DNA of 64,000 nucleotides from Diplonema japonicum (taxonomy: Eukaryota > Protista > Euglenozoa: Diplonemea): contig OZ025749.1 in assembly GCA_964019335.1 (NCBI GenBank), forward strand, positions 186,001-250,000, written 5' to 3'. The notes under the pieces were generated by a model. That model was not told where the DNA came from. It did no database searches and saw nothing but the letters and a program-made list of their open reading frames with translations. Shown here one piece after another: positions 29,639 through 40,547 of this stretch (position 1 is the first letter of the stretch; every line of letters begins with the position of its first letter). The translations under genes and the position numbers were made by a program.

Positions 29639-32600
29639 ATGACAAGAGTACAGGATTATCAATACGAAGAAGGCCCCGAAGGGGGGGTGGTAGAGGGGTT
29701 TACACAACTGCATGCTTGGCTGAAAACGTCCGGCGGGGTACAAAGCACGGACTGGGACGGCACGAAGGAAAGCGAGAAGGAGAAGGAGTACGACGCCTTT
29801 CGGGAGAAACGGCGAGAATCAGGCCGAGAACACGACCTGACAGGAGACATGCTAGACAGGCTAAGCACCTGCTTAGACATCGATGCTTCACAATGCTACA
29901 CTGCTTTAAGCAGCATCCTCGGAGATATGTTCGAATTCTACGACTCAACCGAAGATGAAACCCAACCTCTTCTGAAATGGATCGCTGAGTTCCCGAACCA
30001 ATGGGAACAAAGCATCCCCAAGACCTCAATGCGGCAAAGCTGGAAACACAGCGAAGAACAGTTCCAAGAACGCGGCGGTTGCCGGTTCTACCAAAGCGAA
30101 CTATGGTGCCCAAACGGCCTCCACTACAGCAGGTGCGCCAACGGCAGCCCTACGTGTTGTATGTTACATAATCTTGCCTCTGTGTTGAAAAGCGTTCTAA
30201 CTGACCATGAAACCAGCGAATCCGTCCCATGGTCTGCACTTGAACGTATGGGCCCAAAGAATGCTCTAGAAGGTTTTATGGCGTGCTTTTTCTATACTTA
30301 CAACTCTCAAATCCCGAACGATCCGAGTACCCCTGACATCCCTCGTGCTCTCGAACGCCCTGTTCAAATATACAGTGCTTTGAACCTCAGTATGCGTGAG
30401 GTGGGAGACCCGCACATGCGGGCCATGAACACCGAAGTAGATCTGAAAATCTTTAAGAAAGCATTGGAACTAATGAGGCCGTTGATCAAGCGCTTGGATA
30501 TATTTGTCAAAGCGCTTCCGAGAACGCCGCGAACCGTTTTCCGAGGGCTCGCTGGGCACCGTGTTTCGAAACGATACAAACAAGGCGCTATGGTGACATG
30601 GCCTGCGTTCACGTCCACGTCGGGCGAGCCTGCCATCGCATGGTGGTTCACAGGCGAATCCGGTGGAACATGGTTCGTCATTTTTGCGGACGAGGACCCC
30701 GCGGTGGACATCAGCTGGACGTCGATGTACCCAACGGAACGAGAACTCATTCTCCCCTCGAACCAGGTTTTTCAAGTCGCGTTCAAACCTGGCGATGCGA
30801 TCCTCACAACACTTCGAACCAACAACGACGTGGTGATCTTGAATCAGATGTCTGAAAACAAGCAGAAAAGATCGCCTGGTGAAGTTATCGACGCGCGTAT
30901 CAAAGGCCTGCGTGAGAGTGTTAAAGTCACCTTTCAAGACTTCCAAGCACGGTACGTCGAGCCGCAGGTGTCCCTCAATCAAGACAACGTCCCCGAGCCG
31001 GAGCTCATCAACCTCTTCGATGCGTTGGGCGACGGCTCGACCGTGCGGACTGCCGTCATCGCTGGCGAGGCGGGCTCCGGTAAAACATCCACCATCCTCG
31101 CTCTGTCGTCCGTCCCTTCCGAACAGGACACGTTCAAGGTGTTCTTCTCTCTCCCATCTATCCCAAATGTTCTGTGCCCCGACAACCCCCCTAGTATTGT
31201 CAACGCCATCCAAAGGCGTTTTCATCTTACTGACAACGAGATGGAAGAGCTCAAGACACGGCCCATGGTGCTCCTCCTCGACTCCCTCGACGAGTGCACG
31301 GGGGAGGCCTCGTACTTAAAAGTTCCTGGTTCCGAGCCCTTGCTTGGAAGACTGGGGTTCAAACTCGACGAATGGCCGAACGCCCGCGTGGTGCTGTCCA
31401 CCCGAACAGAGTATCTTAGATATTGGGACCTCCATGCAACGCACGTGCTCGGTCCCGACACCCAGCTTTTTCATGTGCAGAAGCTGGGGAAGAGGCTTAT
31501 CACCAAATACGTGGAAAAAGCGGCGAGAGAACAGGTGACGTCGGTGGTGCAGCATCTACACAACAGAGGGCTCGAGCAGGCCTCGAGCGACAAGGCATTC
31601 AAATTAATCCCCAACAGCGATCTCAAGAGGGTTTGGAACTACATTCAAGAGCACGGCCCGTCGGCAACGAAGGTGTCGCCTGTCTTTTTCAGCGTGTCTG
31701 GAGCGCTTTCGGATACTGTGGGCAACATTGTCAATAGGCTCACAAGTGACGTGCATAATGCGTTCCAGCTGTCAATGGCGGTCGATTCAGCAGCGAGTTT
31801 GCAGCCCGGTGATGGGCGCTGGCAGGTTTACTTGACGTGGTGCAGCTTGCAGATAGAGAGAAAACTCAAACGTTTGAATGCGGATGTCCACAGGTACGCA
31901 CTGCCAGAGAGTCAGGAAGACAAAATAGAGTACCTATTCACCTTTTGCGAGAAGCTTGCCTTATCCCTCTTCCATAAGGAATCCTGGCATGGTGAGGTCG
32001 GTCCCCACGCCGCCGCTGTGGCAAAATCGATGAATCTGTCGCTTGAGACGGCGATGCTGCTGCTTACGTGTGCACCGTTGCGATTGGAGGATCCTGAAGA
32101 TTCCCAGGCAACGTTTTCATTTGTTCATAGGTCTCTCCACGAGTTTCTCCTCGCTCGCACTTTATACAAAAGTCTCGCCGAGGACGACGATCTTGGCTGT
32201 GTAAGCCTTTTGGACCATTGGTCCCTTGCGTGCGGGAATTCCTTGATGCTCGACTTATTCGGCGAGGCGGTGCGTTCCAGCCTCCGAAACAACATCACGG
32301 AGGGAAAAGCGGTCATTCAGAAATTATGGGACAAGATCGAGCTGTCGAGGGACTGGAACGGGGTGGGGAAGTGCAACACCGCGGTGAACAGCATGTCCAT
32401 GCTGGTGGCTACCGGGATCGATTTGGGCGGTGCGGACTTTTCGGGCGTGAAGATACCCAGCGCAAGGCTGTACAGGGGGCACTTTAAAGGCGCGTCCTTC
32501 AGAGGCGCGGATCTTCGCGGTGTTGATATAAGGCAAGCAAATCTTGATGAGTGCGACTTCACAGAGGCGCAGATGGACGATTGGGTGTGTAATTCTTCGG

Positions 32601-34765
32601 GCGCCAGGTTGCCTCTGCGGACCGGACTGTTCCCTATGCTGCAGGAACATGGCAAGATTCTGGACTCAACGTGGAACAGCTTGATGCCACAGATCATCGC
32701 CGTTCTAAGCGAGAACCGGATCGTTATCTACGACGTGGACGCGGTGCGTGTGATGGGTGAACAAGGGAGTGCAGCGTGCATCGCGTGGTTCCCTAATGAT
32801 AAGGCACAGCTCACAGTGGGCTCCACGGACGGTGGGTTATTCTTGTGGAACTTCAGCAAAGGCGGGACCACTCCCGTGAGCAACCTCTCGAAGAAGGTGA
32901 CGGGCATCGCCTACACCAAAACAAAGCGCCCCACTCTCCTCGCAACAGCGGGGAAGACTTTGTTCGCCTTCTCCGAATTCAGCACCTGCTGCATGGGGAA
33001 GCGGAAGAGAAAAAGTTTGGAATTCGACAGCAACGTTCTCGGGGTGCAGACATCCCCTAAGGACAACGAGACGGCTGCGGTGTGGTGCAATGACAGATCC
33101 TTCTCCATCGTCGATGCCAGCAAAATGCAGGTGGTGTGGCGTGAGGAGGTGGACGCCGAGGTATGCATTGACAACAACAACAACACCCCACAGGTAACAC
33201 ACATTGCCTTCAACGTAGGACAAAGCCAGATTGCCGTGGCTGCCAAGTCCGGCCGCATCGACCTCTACTGCTACAACACTAAGTCCTTCCTGAAGTCGAT
33301 CGCAGCCACTCTCTCTTTCGGCCATTACTATCAACAAATGTGCTGGGCACGGTATGCGAAGAAAAAAAAAAAAAAATACAAAAACGTCAACAGATGTGCG
33401 GAGATGCCCTCTACAATCCTTGCTGCGGGCGCCACAGATGCTTTAATCCGCATTATAAGCTCTGTGAGCGACATGACGCTCCCCAGGTGCGAGGGGCACA
33501 TCGAGAGTGTGAACACGGTGGAATGGCACCCCACAAGACCCGTTCTGGCGTCGGGGTGTTCTGGCGGCAACCTGCGGTTCATTAACGGCAGCCAGGGCAA
33601 GGAAGGCAAAGGTTGCGCGACCAGCACAGAGAAACCTTCACACACGGGCACCGTGACGAGCATCGACTGGCATCCCCTACGCGAGACCGTGGTAGGCACA
33701 GGGAGCTCAGACGGCACCATCAGAACATGGCACGTCCCGTCCGGAGACCTCCTGTCCAACAGCAGCGGGGAACAGGTAACACGCCTGCAGTACCACCCCC
33801 TAGGCGAACACATTATGCTAGGATCAGACACGAAATCACTAACATGCTACAGCACATGCACAGGGGGTAAACGGTGGTCTCTAGACGAGCAAGGCGTCAA
33901 GCACTTCGAATGGTGCCCGACAGGCAACAAGGTCTACTTCACACAAGATACAGAGATACTATCCTCTTACGACGTAGTAAGCGGCAAGGTCAACGAAGTG
34001 TTGAAAACAGGCGAGCACTTCAGGAGGAACCCCATACCGGGGAAGGGCTTGATGAGCGTCTTAATGGAATGCGGAGCAGGGCTGGTCAAGGTTGGGACAG
34101 GCGAAGCCACGACAAGACTCTCTCATAAAGGGGCGACAGAAACGGAATGGAACTGCGATGGGACAAAGCTTGCAACGATCTCGGAGAAGTGCGTCAAGAT
34201 ATGGGACGTGGAGAGAGGCGACGGGAGCTCACCGCTTCTCATGAAAACCTTCGAAAACAGCATCGAAGGTGTCTCTTGGAACAAGATAGACCCCACCATA
34301 ATGGGGGTTTACCACAACACACACATCTCAGTGATCAACATAGCAAGTGGTGCACAGTCTGATGTGCACCCCAACGTGGGCATTGTGAAGGCCGTGTCAT
34401 GGCACCCTACACTTCGAGGCGCGTTTGCTTGTTCCGGAACGAACTGGGAGATTGAAGTCTATGGACGTGGTCAGCTGAACAGCTTAGCGCCCCTCCTTAC
34501 CCCCTTCGACCCTTCACATCCCGACTTCAAGCTAATTCGAAGAGTGTGTCAACCGAGTTTCAGCATCACTTCTGCAAAGGTTGACACCCGCACCTGTAAC
34601 AAGTACTTTTGGCAGCTTGCGAAGTCTTATGGTGCCGTGCAGGATACCGACCGACAGGAGACCCGACAGTCTTGCCGCGGATGGGCCATCTCCAGAAAGG
34701 TGAAAAGCGCCATAAAAAAAAGCGGGAGCTGCAGTACTTCGTGCGTGAAATTTTGCACTTCATGA
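29639..34765 (+). CDS. ADP-ribosyltransferase + NACHT + pentapeptide repeat + WD40 protein (NLR-like STAND); in-frame 42-nt intron 33352-33393
   Basis: ART R-S-E motifs VFRG, FTSTS, PTERELI; Walker A GEAGSGKT; Walker B LLLDSLDE; FVHRSLHEFL; A(D/S)(F/L)xG repeats; many WD40 repeats. Confidence 0.85.
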   Translation: MTRVQDYQYEEGPEGGVVEGFTQLHAWLKTSGGVQSTDWDGTKESEKEKEYDAFREKRRESGREHDLTGDMLDRLSTCLDIDASQCYTALSSILGDMFEFYDSTEDETQPLLKWIAEFPNQWEQSIPKTSMRQSWKHSEEQFQERGGCRFYQSELWCPNGLHYSRCANGSPTCCMLHNLASVLKSVLTDHETSESVPWSALERMGPKNALEGFMACFFYTYNSQIPNDPSTPDIPRALERPVQIYSALNLSMREVGDPHMRAMNTEVDLKIFKKALELMRPLIKRLDIFVKALPRTPRTVFRGLAGHRVSKRYKQGAMVTWPAFTSTSGEPAIAWWFTGESGGTWFVIFADEDPAVDISWTSMYPTERELILPSNQVFQVAFKPGDAILTTLRTNNDVVILNQMSENKQKRSPGEVIDARIKGLRESVKVTFQDFQARYVEPQVSLNQDNVPEPELINLFDALGDGSTVRTAVIAGEAGSGKTSTILALSSVPSEQDTFKVFFSLPSIPNVLCPDNPPSIVNAIQRRFHLTDNEMEELKTRPMVLLLDSLDECTGEASYLKVPGSEPLLGRLGFKLDEWPNARVVLSTRTEYLRYWDLHATHVLGPDTQLFHVQKLGKRLITKYVEKAAREQVTSVVQHLHNRGLEQASSDKAFKLIPNSDLKRVWNYIQEHGPSATKVSPVFFSVSGALSDTVGNIVNRLTSDVHNAFQLSMAVDSAASLQPGDGRWQVYLTWCSLQIERKLKRLNADVHRYALPESQEDKIEYLFTFCEKLALSLFHKESWHGEVGPHAAAVAKSMNLSLETAMLLLTCAPLRLEDPEDSQATFSFVHRSLHEFLLARTLYKSLAEDDDLGCVSLLDHWSLACGNSLMLDLFGEAVRSSLRNNITEGKAVIQKLWDKIELSRDWNGVGKCNTAVNSMSMLVATGIDLGGADFSGVKIPSARLYRGHFKGASFRGADLRGVDIRQANLDECDFTEAQMDDWVCNSSGARLPLRTGLFPMLQEHGKILDSTWNSLMPQIIAVLSENRIVIYDVDAVRVMGEQGSAACIAWFPNDKAQLTVGSTDGGLFLWNFSKGGTTPVSNLSKKVTGIAYTKTKRPTLLATAGKTLFAFSEFSTCCMGKRKRKSLEFDSNVLGVQTSPKDNETAAVWCNDRSFSIVDASKMQVVWREEVDAEVCIDNNNNTPQVTHIAFNVGQSQIAVAAKSGRIDLYCYNTKSFLKSIAATLSFGHYYQQMCWARYAKKKKKKYKNVNRCAEMPSTILAAGATDALIRIISSVSDMTLPRCEGHIESVNTVEWHPTRPVLASGCSGGNLRFINGSQGKEGKGCATSTEKPSHTGTVTSIDWHPLRETVVGTGSSDGTIRTWHVPSGDLLSNSSGEQVTRLQYHPLGEHIMLGSDTKSLTCYSTCTGGKRWSLDEQGVKHFEWCPTGNKVYFTQDTEILSSYDVVSGKVNEVLKTGEHFRRNPIPGKGLMSVLMECGAGLVKVGTGEATTRLSHKGATETEWNCDGTKLATISEKCVKIWDVERGDGSSPLLMKTFENSIEGVSWNKIDPTIMGVYHNTHISVINIASGAQSDVHPNVGIVKAVSWHPTLRGAFACSGTNWEIEVYGRGQLNSLAPLLTPFDPSHPDFKLIRRVCQPSFSITSAKVDTRTCNKYFWQLAKSYGAVQDTDRQETRQSCRGWAISRKVKSAIKKSGSCSTSCVKFCTS

Positions 34766-35207
34766 TTTTTTTTTTTTTTTTTTTTTTTAAAGATGATGGC
34801 AGTCATTTTTTTTTTCTCTTTTTTTTTTTTTAAACTAAGAAGTCGGTACACTCACTGCGCACTAGACCTCCACAGCCGTTCCGTCACTGCCACCCGATCC
34901 TAGAGGAGCAACTGCGAACCCTCCCCCCCCCTTCTTTTTTGGAAATACAGCCTGACGGCTGACTGACATAAATTAGCTGAATGAGTAAAAAAAAGGCAAG
35001 TATAGATAGCGGGAGTGTCGTAAAAAGCTGGGGGGGGGGGGGGGGGGGAAGAGGGGGGTTTTTTCTCTCTCTTCCCTCACATAATCCTTTTTTTGTCATT
35101 CCTAGCTGCAAAAAAGAATCCGGGGGGGGGATAGAAGGTTTGAAAGAGAAAAAGTATGAAAATGAATGAAGGGGTGGGGGAAAAAGGAAGTGATAGCGAA
35201 AAAGAGG

Positions 35208-35239
<32 letters not shown>

Positions 35240-35791
35240 CGTTCTACACTTGCCTTCCTCTTTTTTTTTTTTTTTTTCCCGGATTAGCTTAATTTTGCGG
35301 TGTTGGCACCCCGTGGTTATTTTTTTTTTCTCTCCTACCTTTGTTTCCTTCTTTTTTTTGTCCCCTTACGAGGTAGAATTTTTCGTGTTGGGGACAAAAG
35401 TATGGGGGGGGGGGGGGGGGGGAGAGAGAGGGGGCTTTTTTTCTTTTACCACATACCCGTAATGGTTTCTTAAGCATTCTAAAGCATTTCTCTTCGAACG
35501 GCGCCTCGAAGCCTACCCCCCCCCTTTTTTTTTCTTCCTCAGAAAGAGCACACAGAATTTAATTTAAATTTCTACTTTAGGAAAAAAAAAATAAAAGAGA
35601 AAGAAAAAAAAATAGCAAACAAAGGACCGACAGGCAAGGTTCTCGCCTGTTGTCCATGCCTCCCCCTCTTAAACTTCTGTTGAAGCCATACCTTTCCTTC
35701 CCCCCTCTCCTTGTCGAATGCATCTCCCCATGCCCCATATTAGTTTAAAATCTTCGAAGGTCTCCCTTCCTGTCCTATCTTTCTCCCCCTT

Positions 35792-35828
<37 letters not shown>

Positions 35829-36272
35829 AAAAAAGCAACGCACGTGAGAAAAAAAAGAAAAAAAAGGAAACCAAAAAAAAAAAAAAAAACCGCTCTTTTT
35901 TCCCCCTCTTTGTTCACCCCCCCCCCCCCCCCCCCCCCCCTTACTCTCTTCTTTTTTTTTCGTTTGCGTTTTTTCAGGCGTCCTGCCACACACCGCAGGT
36001 ACCCTTAAATGTCTCTTTTTTTTTTTCCTCTTTTTTTTTTCTTCTCTTCTCTTCTCTTTTTTTTTTTTTTTTTTGGTGGGCCGTTGCTAACCACTTCGTT
36101 TCCTATCATAGTGAATTTCTTTTTTTCTTCTTTTCTTCTTCTTTTTTTTTTTTTTTTCCCTTGCTTACAACATTCGTCCCCTTACCCCCATCTTCATTCT
36201 TTTCCAAAAAAAAAAAAAAAAAAAAAGAACACAAAAAACGAGAGAAAAAAAAAACCATAAGCGTCACCTATT

Positions 36273-36306
<34 letters not shown>

Positions 36307-36388
36307 TGTTCACTGTGCTTGATAACAACCAGGCGGGGAGGGGGAGGATCTTTAAGGGAAAAAAAAAAAAAAAAAAAAAAAAAAGAAA

Positions 36389-38224
36389 ATGAATCAAACA
36401 CGCCCCTCACGTTTCGGTGGAAATGTAAAGTTGAAAACGACGACAGGAGAGGTCAAGAACCTCAAGGAGAAGCTTCTGGGCAGGGCGCTCTCTAGCATGG
36501 ATTTGAAGAATTGCTGCGGGAGCGTCACTGTCGAGGTCTGCGAGGCCGACAACAAGACGGTCGCAAAGGTCGTATGCGGCGTCCCATACATGTTAGGAAA
36601 CACGGCCCTGGGGTGCAAGGCTGTCCAGCAAGGCTTAGAACCACTGATAATAGGCAAGAGTGTTGATATATGTGTAAGCGGGAAAGATCTCAAGGCTGCA
36701 AGCAACCCCTTCGACATCCCTTGCCTTGCTCCTTACAACACATGGACAATTCTGGAGGCGAATTCCAAACCGTTTACAAGTATATCAGATCTCCTCGTCC
36801 CCTACAAGGGGACGCCCCCCGACGACACACCTTTCTACTTCAAAATGCAAAAACCTTACGTTTCCCACGCGGTTTGCTACACATCGCCAGAAGGGTACTG
36901 CTGTACAGATATTACGCTCAATGCAAAGGCACCGCCTGACACAAGTGTCACCCTGACAGCACGCGGGAGAATACCGTCATCATATATTCTTGGATTTGCT
37001 CCTTTTGAAGTAATCTGTGGAACGGAGCTGGAAGGTAGAATGTTCCGGTTCATAGCAGAGAGGAAACGGCCTCCTTGCGAAATGTGCGTTGCGAGGCACA
37101 GGTTCAAAATCCCAACAAAACGGTACAGCGGGACGAGGAGGGACAGCAGCGGCAGCCAGTCCGATCCAAAACACACCACAATTGAAATAATATTTTCCCA
37201 ACACGGTCCAATGTCGTTCGCGGGGATGATGCGGTGCCTCTCAGACGCGTTTGAGAACACCATCGCAACGCTCCCCCCCGGAACAATCGTGTTCCCTCGA
37301 AAGATCCAGTGGTCGGCCTCCAACGGCCGCATCACCAGAGTTTGGAGGGATAAAATACCTGAATTAATCCCGGTGAACGGTGCTCTTTCCAACATCGAGT
37401 TTGTATTCATCACGCCGAACGCACCAGCAGACCCTAAGAACGATTCTTCGCAATGGGACACTCTCAAAGATCGCATCGGTGCCAACTCGGTTGTAGATAT
37501 CAAAGGATGCGTAAGCCCAACGTTAGAAGTCGCTACCGGTGGGTTACGAACGGCAAGACGGCGGAGATTAGGCGTCCTTCTCGAGCGGGATTCCTCGAAA
37601 CGCACAATTCGAGAACAGGACGTTCTGGGCGTGAAGAAGGTGTTCGATTCAATCGATTCCGATAAAAGCGGGTTTCTCAGCCTTAAAGAACTAATTTCAT
37701 TCAGCGCGGCGAGGCCCAGAGCTGTTCCCAACACTGTTTTTAAGTACATTGTGGCGGAGGGTGACAAGGTGGGTTTCTTGGAACTGCTTCACTGCCATTT
37801 TCCAAAGTGCACTCTTGCAGCTGTTCAGAACGCAGCGGAGCAGTGGTGCCCGAAACCGGTTGTGGATCAGCCTCCTCCAATGTCGAGTGAAATTGCCAAC
37901 GCCATAGGAGAAGTTTTCCAATCCTTCAAGCCTTGTAACGGGAGGTTGACCCCATCCATGATCCGTAGTTCACATCCATCCTGCGAGCTTTCCGACTCAG
38001 AACTGCAATCGTTCTGCTCCGACGCTGGTTCCATCTCACTCGGTGATTTCGTTTCTGGTCTCGGGCCGTCCTTCTCCTCACCTGAGCACATGATGCCTCT
38101 CTCTGTTATCACGCATCGTACCCATAAGTCCGGGTCCATCACGTGGACGAAGCTTTTCCCCTGCGGGTCCGCAGACCGTCTGCTTGATTCTCCGTACAAC
38201 CCTGACTGTGGGATTCCTTTATGA
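36389..38224 (+). CDS. Hypothetical protein with C-terminal EF-hands and a possible degenerate FKBP-like N-terminus
   Basis: DSDKSGFLSLKE EF loop; FKBP similarity is weak. Confidence 0.6.
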   Translation: MNQTRPSRFGGNVKLKTTTGEVKNLKEKLLGRALSSMDLKNCCGSVTVEVCEADNKTVAKVVCGVPYMLGNTALGCKAVQQGLEPLIIGKSVDICVSGKDLKAASNPFDIPCLAPYNTWTILEANSKPFTSISDLLVPYKGTPPDDTPFYFKMQKPYVSHAVCYTSPEGYCCTDITLNAKAPPDTSVTLTARGRIPSSYILGFAPFEVICGTELEGRMFRFIAERKRPPCEMCVARHRFKIPTKRYSGTRRDSSGSQSDPKHTTIEIIFSQHGPMSFAGMMRCLSDAFENTIATLPPGTIVFPRKIQWSASNGRITRVWRDKIPELIPVNGALSNIEFVFITPNAPADPKNDSSQWDTLKDRIGANSVVDIKGCVSPTLEVATGGLRTARRRRLGVLLERDSSKRTIREQDVLGVKKVFDSIDSDKSGFLSLKELISFSAARPRAVPNTVFKYIVAEGDKVGFLELLHCHFPKCTLAAVQNAAEQWCPKPVVDQPPPMSSEIANAIGEVFQSFKPCNGRLTPSMIRSSHPSCELSDSELQSFCSDAGSISLGDFVSGLGPSFSSPEHMMPLSVITHRTHKSGSITWTKLFPCGSADRLLDSPYNPDCGIPL

Positions 38225-38267
38225 GGCAGGAAACAGAAAGCACGAAGATCTCGTCTTACGATGAGGG

Positions 38268-38312
<45 letters not shown>

Positions 38313-38407
38313 TCTGTCCGCCCCCCCCAGAAAAAAATATAAAACGTGTGAAAAAAAAAATCGAGAAGAAAATTCAAAAAGGAAAAAAGGGGAAAAAAAA
38401 AAAGAGA

Positions 38408-40372
38408 ATGGTGCGTTCAGTTCTCGCCCACCCGCAGCGGCTTCTGACGGACGTTACTCTCGTGACCCCTAAATGTGTGAAGAAAACAACGGGTGCGACA
38501 TACATGGGCGGTTCCGATCAGAAGGAGGAAGTAAACAAATGGTTAGCAGACGTGGCGGGGGGAGTCTTCAAAGGTGGCTGTACAGGGTGGGCGCTTCTCT
38601 TGGAAACCCAGAGAATGACAACACTGAGATGCATGAAGGAAGGGTGCGAGCTAGAACCAGAGCGGTGCGTGGTGCCCAACCCTAGCAAAGAAGAGTGCGG
38701 CGCATTGAAGGCAACCGGCTGCCACACGTACGAAGGGACCTCGCATGGCTTGCTTCACGAAATGACGGAAGGCACCGGGGGTGTACTAGAAGACCTGACC
38801 TCAAAAGGGTTCAAAACCTTCGACATCGTGTGGCTGGACTACTGCGGAACGCTGATGACGGCGGCGGGGAGGAAGCGACAGACCGACATCCTACACCTCT
38901 TCAGAAGCAACCTTCTGTCCGAGCGATGCTTGCTGGCCATCACATTCTGCGTCCGTGGCAGCAGGAACATGTACAGAGACCAGGTTGCCGATGTCACCAA
39001 AAAGCTTGTCTTCTCCATCGCCAAAGCTTACGGGGTCTCCCTTTCCGTCTCTGGGACGGTTACCTACTCCAGCAAGAGCGGACCCATCCATACCCTTGCT
39101 TTTGTGCGCGGTGTGCCACGCCCCACCAAGCTCCCGGTCTTGAAGTCAACAGGGAGGATTATCTACGAAGGTGCCTTTGACAGACGAGCGACTCTCTTGA
39201 CAGTATGGGCTGCTAAGGCGAAGGGTATTAAACAGCTGTGGGAGTTCATAAGGGACACCGATTGGAGATGCCCAACTCCGCATTACAGAGCAGTGGAACA
39301 GGGCGGACGCGTCTTCGGAGACGCGCTGGGCTCTGGGACAGTCTTCGCTCTCGACACAGGGATGCTGCCCGTTACAAAATACTGCCAGAACAAAGGCATG
39401 AAGGTGGACACTGTTCTGGAGGACATGATGGACGCTGAGGAAGGCTACCCGCACACCGATATCACCAACAACCATGTTGCTGAGATGACATCTGCATACG
39501 ATGGTGTGTGGCTGTCGTATTTAGGTCGCAAAGCGTACCCCGCAAAGATGCTGAGGAAGTGCCATGAATGGGGGGATCTTCGAAACCTCTTGCAGAACAA
39601 GCTTCTCGGGTCGACGCTTGGTCTTGCGATACCTTACGTGTCCGCAGTGGAGCCGTGGGAAGGTTGCTGCACCGACTGGGTTGTTCATGGAGTACAAACA
39701 GCGTGCAGAGACTACAGCCACCCTCTGCTCCACCCTGTGTACGCTTCGTCATGGGTGCTGGGCACACCGCATATGATTGTGGTGTTCAGCACGGACGAGA
39801 AATGCAAGGTGGGGCTCCCGACAACCAGCGACCCCGAGGTGAAACGGTGGGAAAACCATATAAACTGGGACCTGAACCGGGCTAAAAGAACCACCTTCCA
39901 CGGCATTAAGTTCAAGGCCCTTGCGAAGGACATCCAACCGATTCTGAGCAGCGAGGAGTCTTGTGTGATCTGTGAACCGGGTGTGTTCTACCTTGCTCCT
40001 CTGTACAGCAGGTGCCAGTTCACGGCACCTGACGAACTTGAAATGATGGAGGCGCGGAGGAAAGGGTTTGAAACGGTCGCACCTACTGAAATAGCGGCGC
40101 AGAACCTTGTTGTCCTGACCAATGAAGGATCGACGCCGTTCGCCCTTATTTGGATGCCTTACATAACCTCTTGGCTCAACGTGCCCGGGTTTTCTTCCAG
40201 GCTTCTGGTCATCCTTGTTGAAGTGTCGCACCACCAACTCTTCGACGATCTGCTTGGCGTTCTCTCCGGTCTCCTCCAAGACCAGTACGAGGCGACAGTG
40301 TCGAAGCACAAGGCGATGATGCACGCAGCCAGACGATGGGAGCTCGTCAGCATTTCGTACCAAACGAAATAA
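38408..40372 (+). CDS. Hypothetical protein with internally repeated methyltransferase-like Rossmann units
   Basis: FDIVWLDYCG...LFRSNLL...LAITF, repeated as YDGVWLSYLG...LLQNKLL..LGLAI. Confidence 0.55.
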   Translation: MVRSVLAHPQRLLTDVTLVTPKCVKKTTGATYMGGSDQKEEVNKWLADVAGGVFKGGCTGWALLLETQRMTTLRCMKEGCELEPERCVVPNPSKEECGALKATGCHTYEGTSHGLLHEMTEGTGGVLEDLTSKGFKTFDIVWLDYCGTLMTAAGRKRQTDILHLFRSNLLSERCLLAITFCVRGSRNMYRDQVADVTKKLVFSIAKAYGVSLSVSGTVTYSSKSGPIHTLAFVRGVPRPTKLPVLKSTGRIIYEGAFDRRATLLTVWAAKAKGIKQLWEFIRDTDWRCPTPHYRAVEQGGRVFGDALGSGTVFALDTGMLPVTKYCQNKGMKVDTVLEDMMDAEEGYPHTDITNNHVAEMTSAYDGVWLSYLGRKAYPAKMLRKCHEWGDLRNLLQNKLLGSTLGLAIPYVSAVEPWEGCCTDWVVHGVQTACRDYSHPLLHPVYASSWVLGTPHMIVVFSTDEKCKVGLPTTSDPEVKRWENHINWDLNRAKRTTFHGIKFKALAKDIQPILSSEESCVICEPGVFYLAPLYSRCQFTAPDELEMMEARRKGFETVAPTEIAAQNLVVLTNEGSTPFALIWMPYITSWLNVPGFSSRLLVILVEVSHHQLFDDLLGVLSGLLQDQYEATVSKHKAMMHAARRWELVSISYQTK

Positions 40373-40547
40373 AAAAGTAGTTTAAAATCACACTGCCACA
40401 CTCCCCCTAACCAGAAGTGGAAAACAGACAAACAGTTTTTTTTTTCCCCTTATTCTTTTCGCACCCCCTTTTCTCGCACCACAAACCAGCAAAAACCAGG
40501 TTATCCCCCTTTTTTTTTAAAAAAAAAAAACCACTTCCCAAACACAA

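Noticed and set aside
34766-36388. Many short F/K/P/G-rich ORFs in intergenic spacers, and the homopolymer N-terminal extensions of real ORFs
   Set aside because: These are translations of poly(A/T/C/G) tracts.
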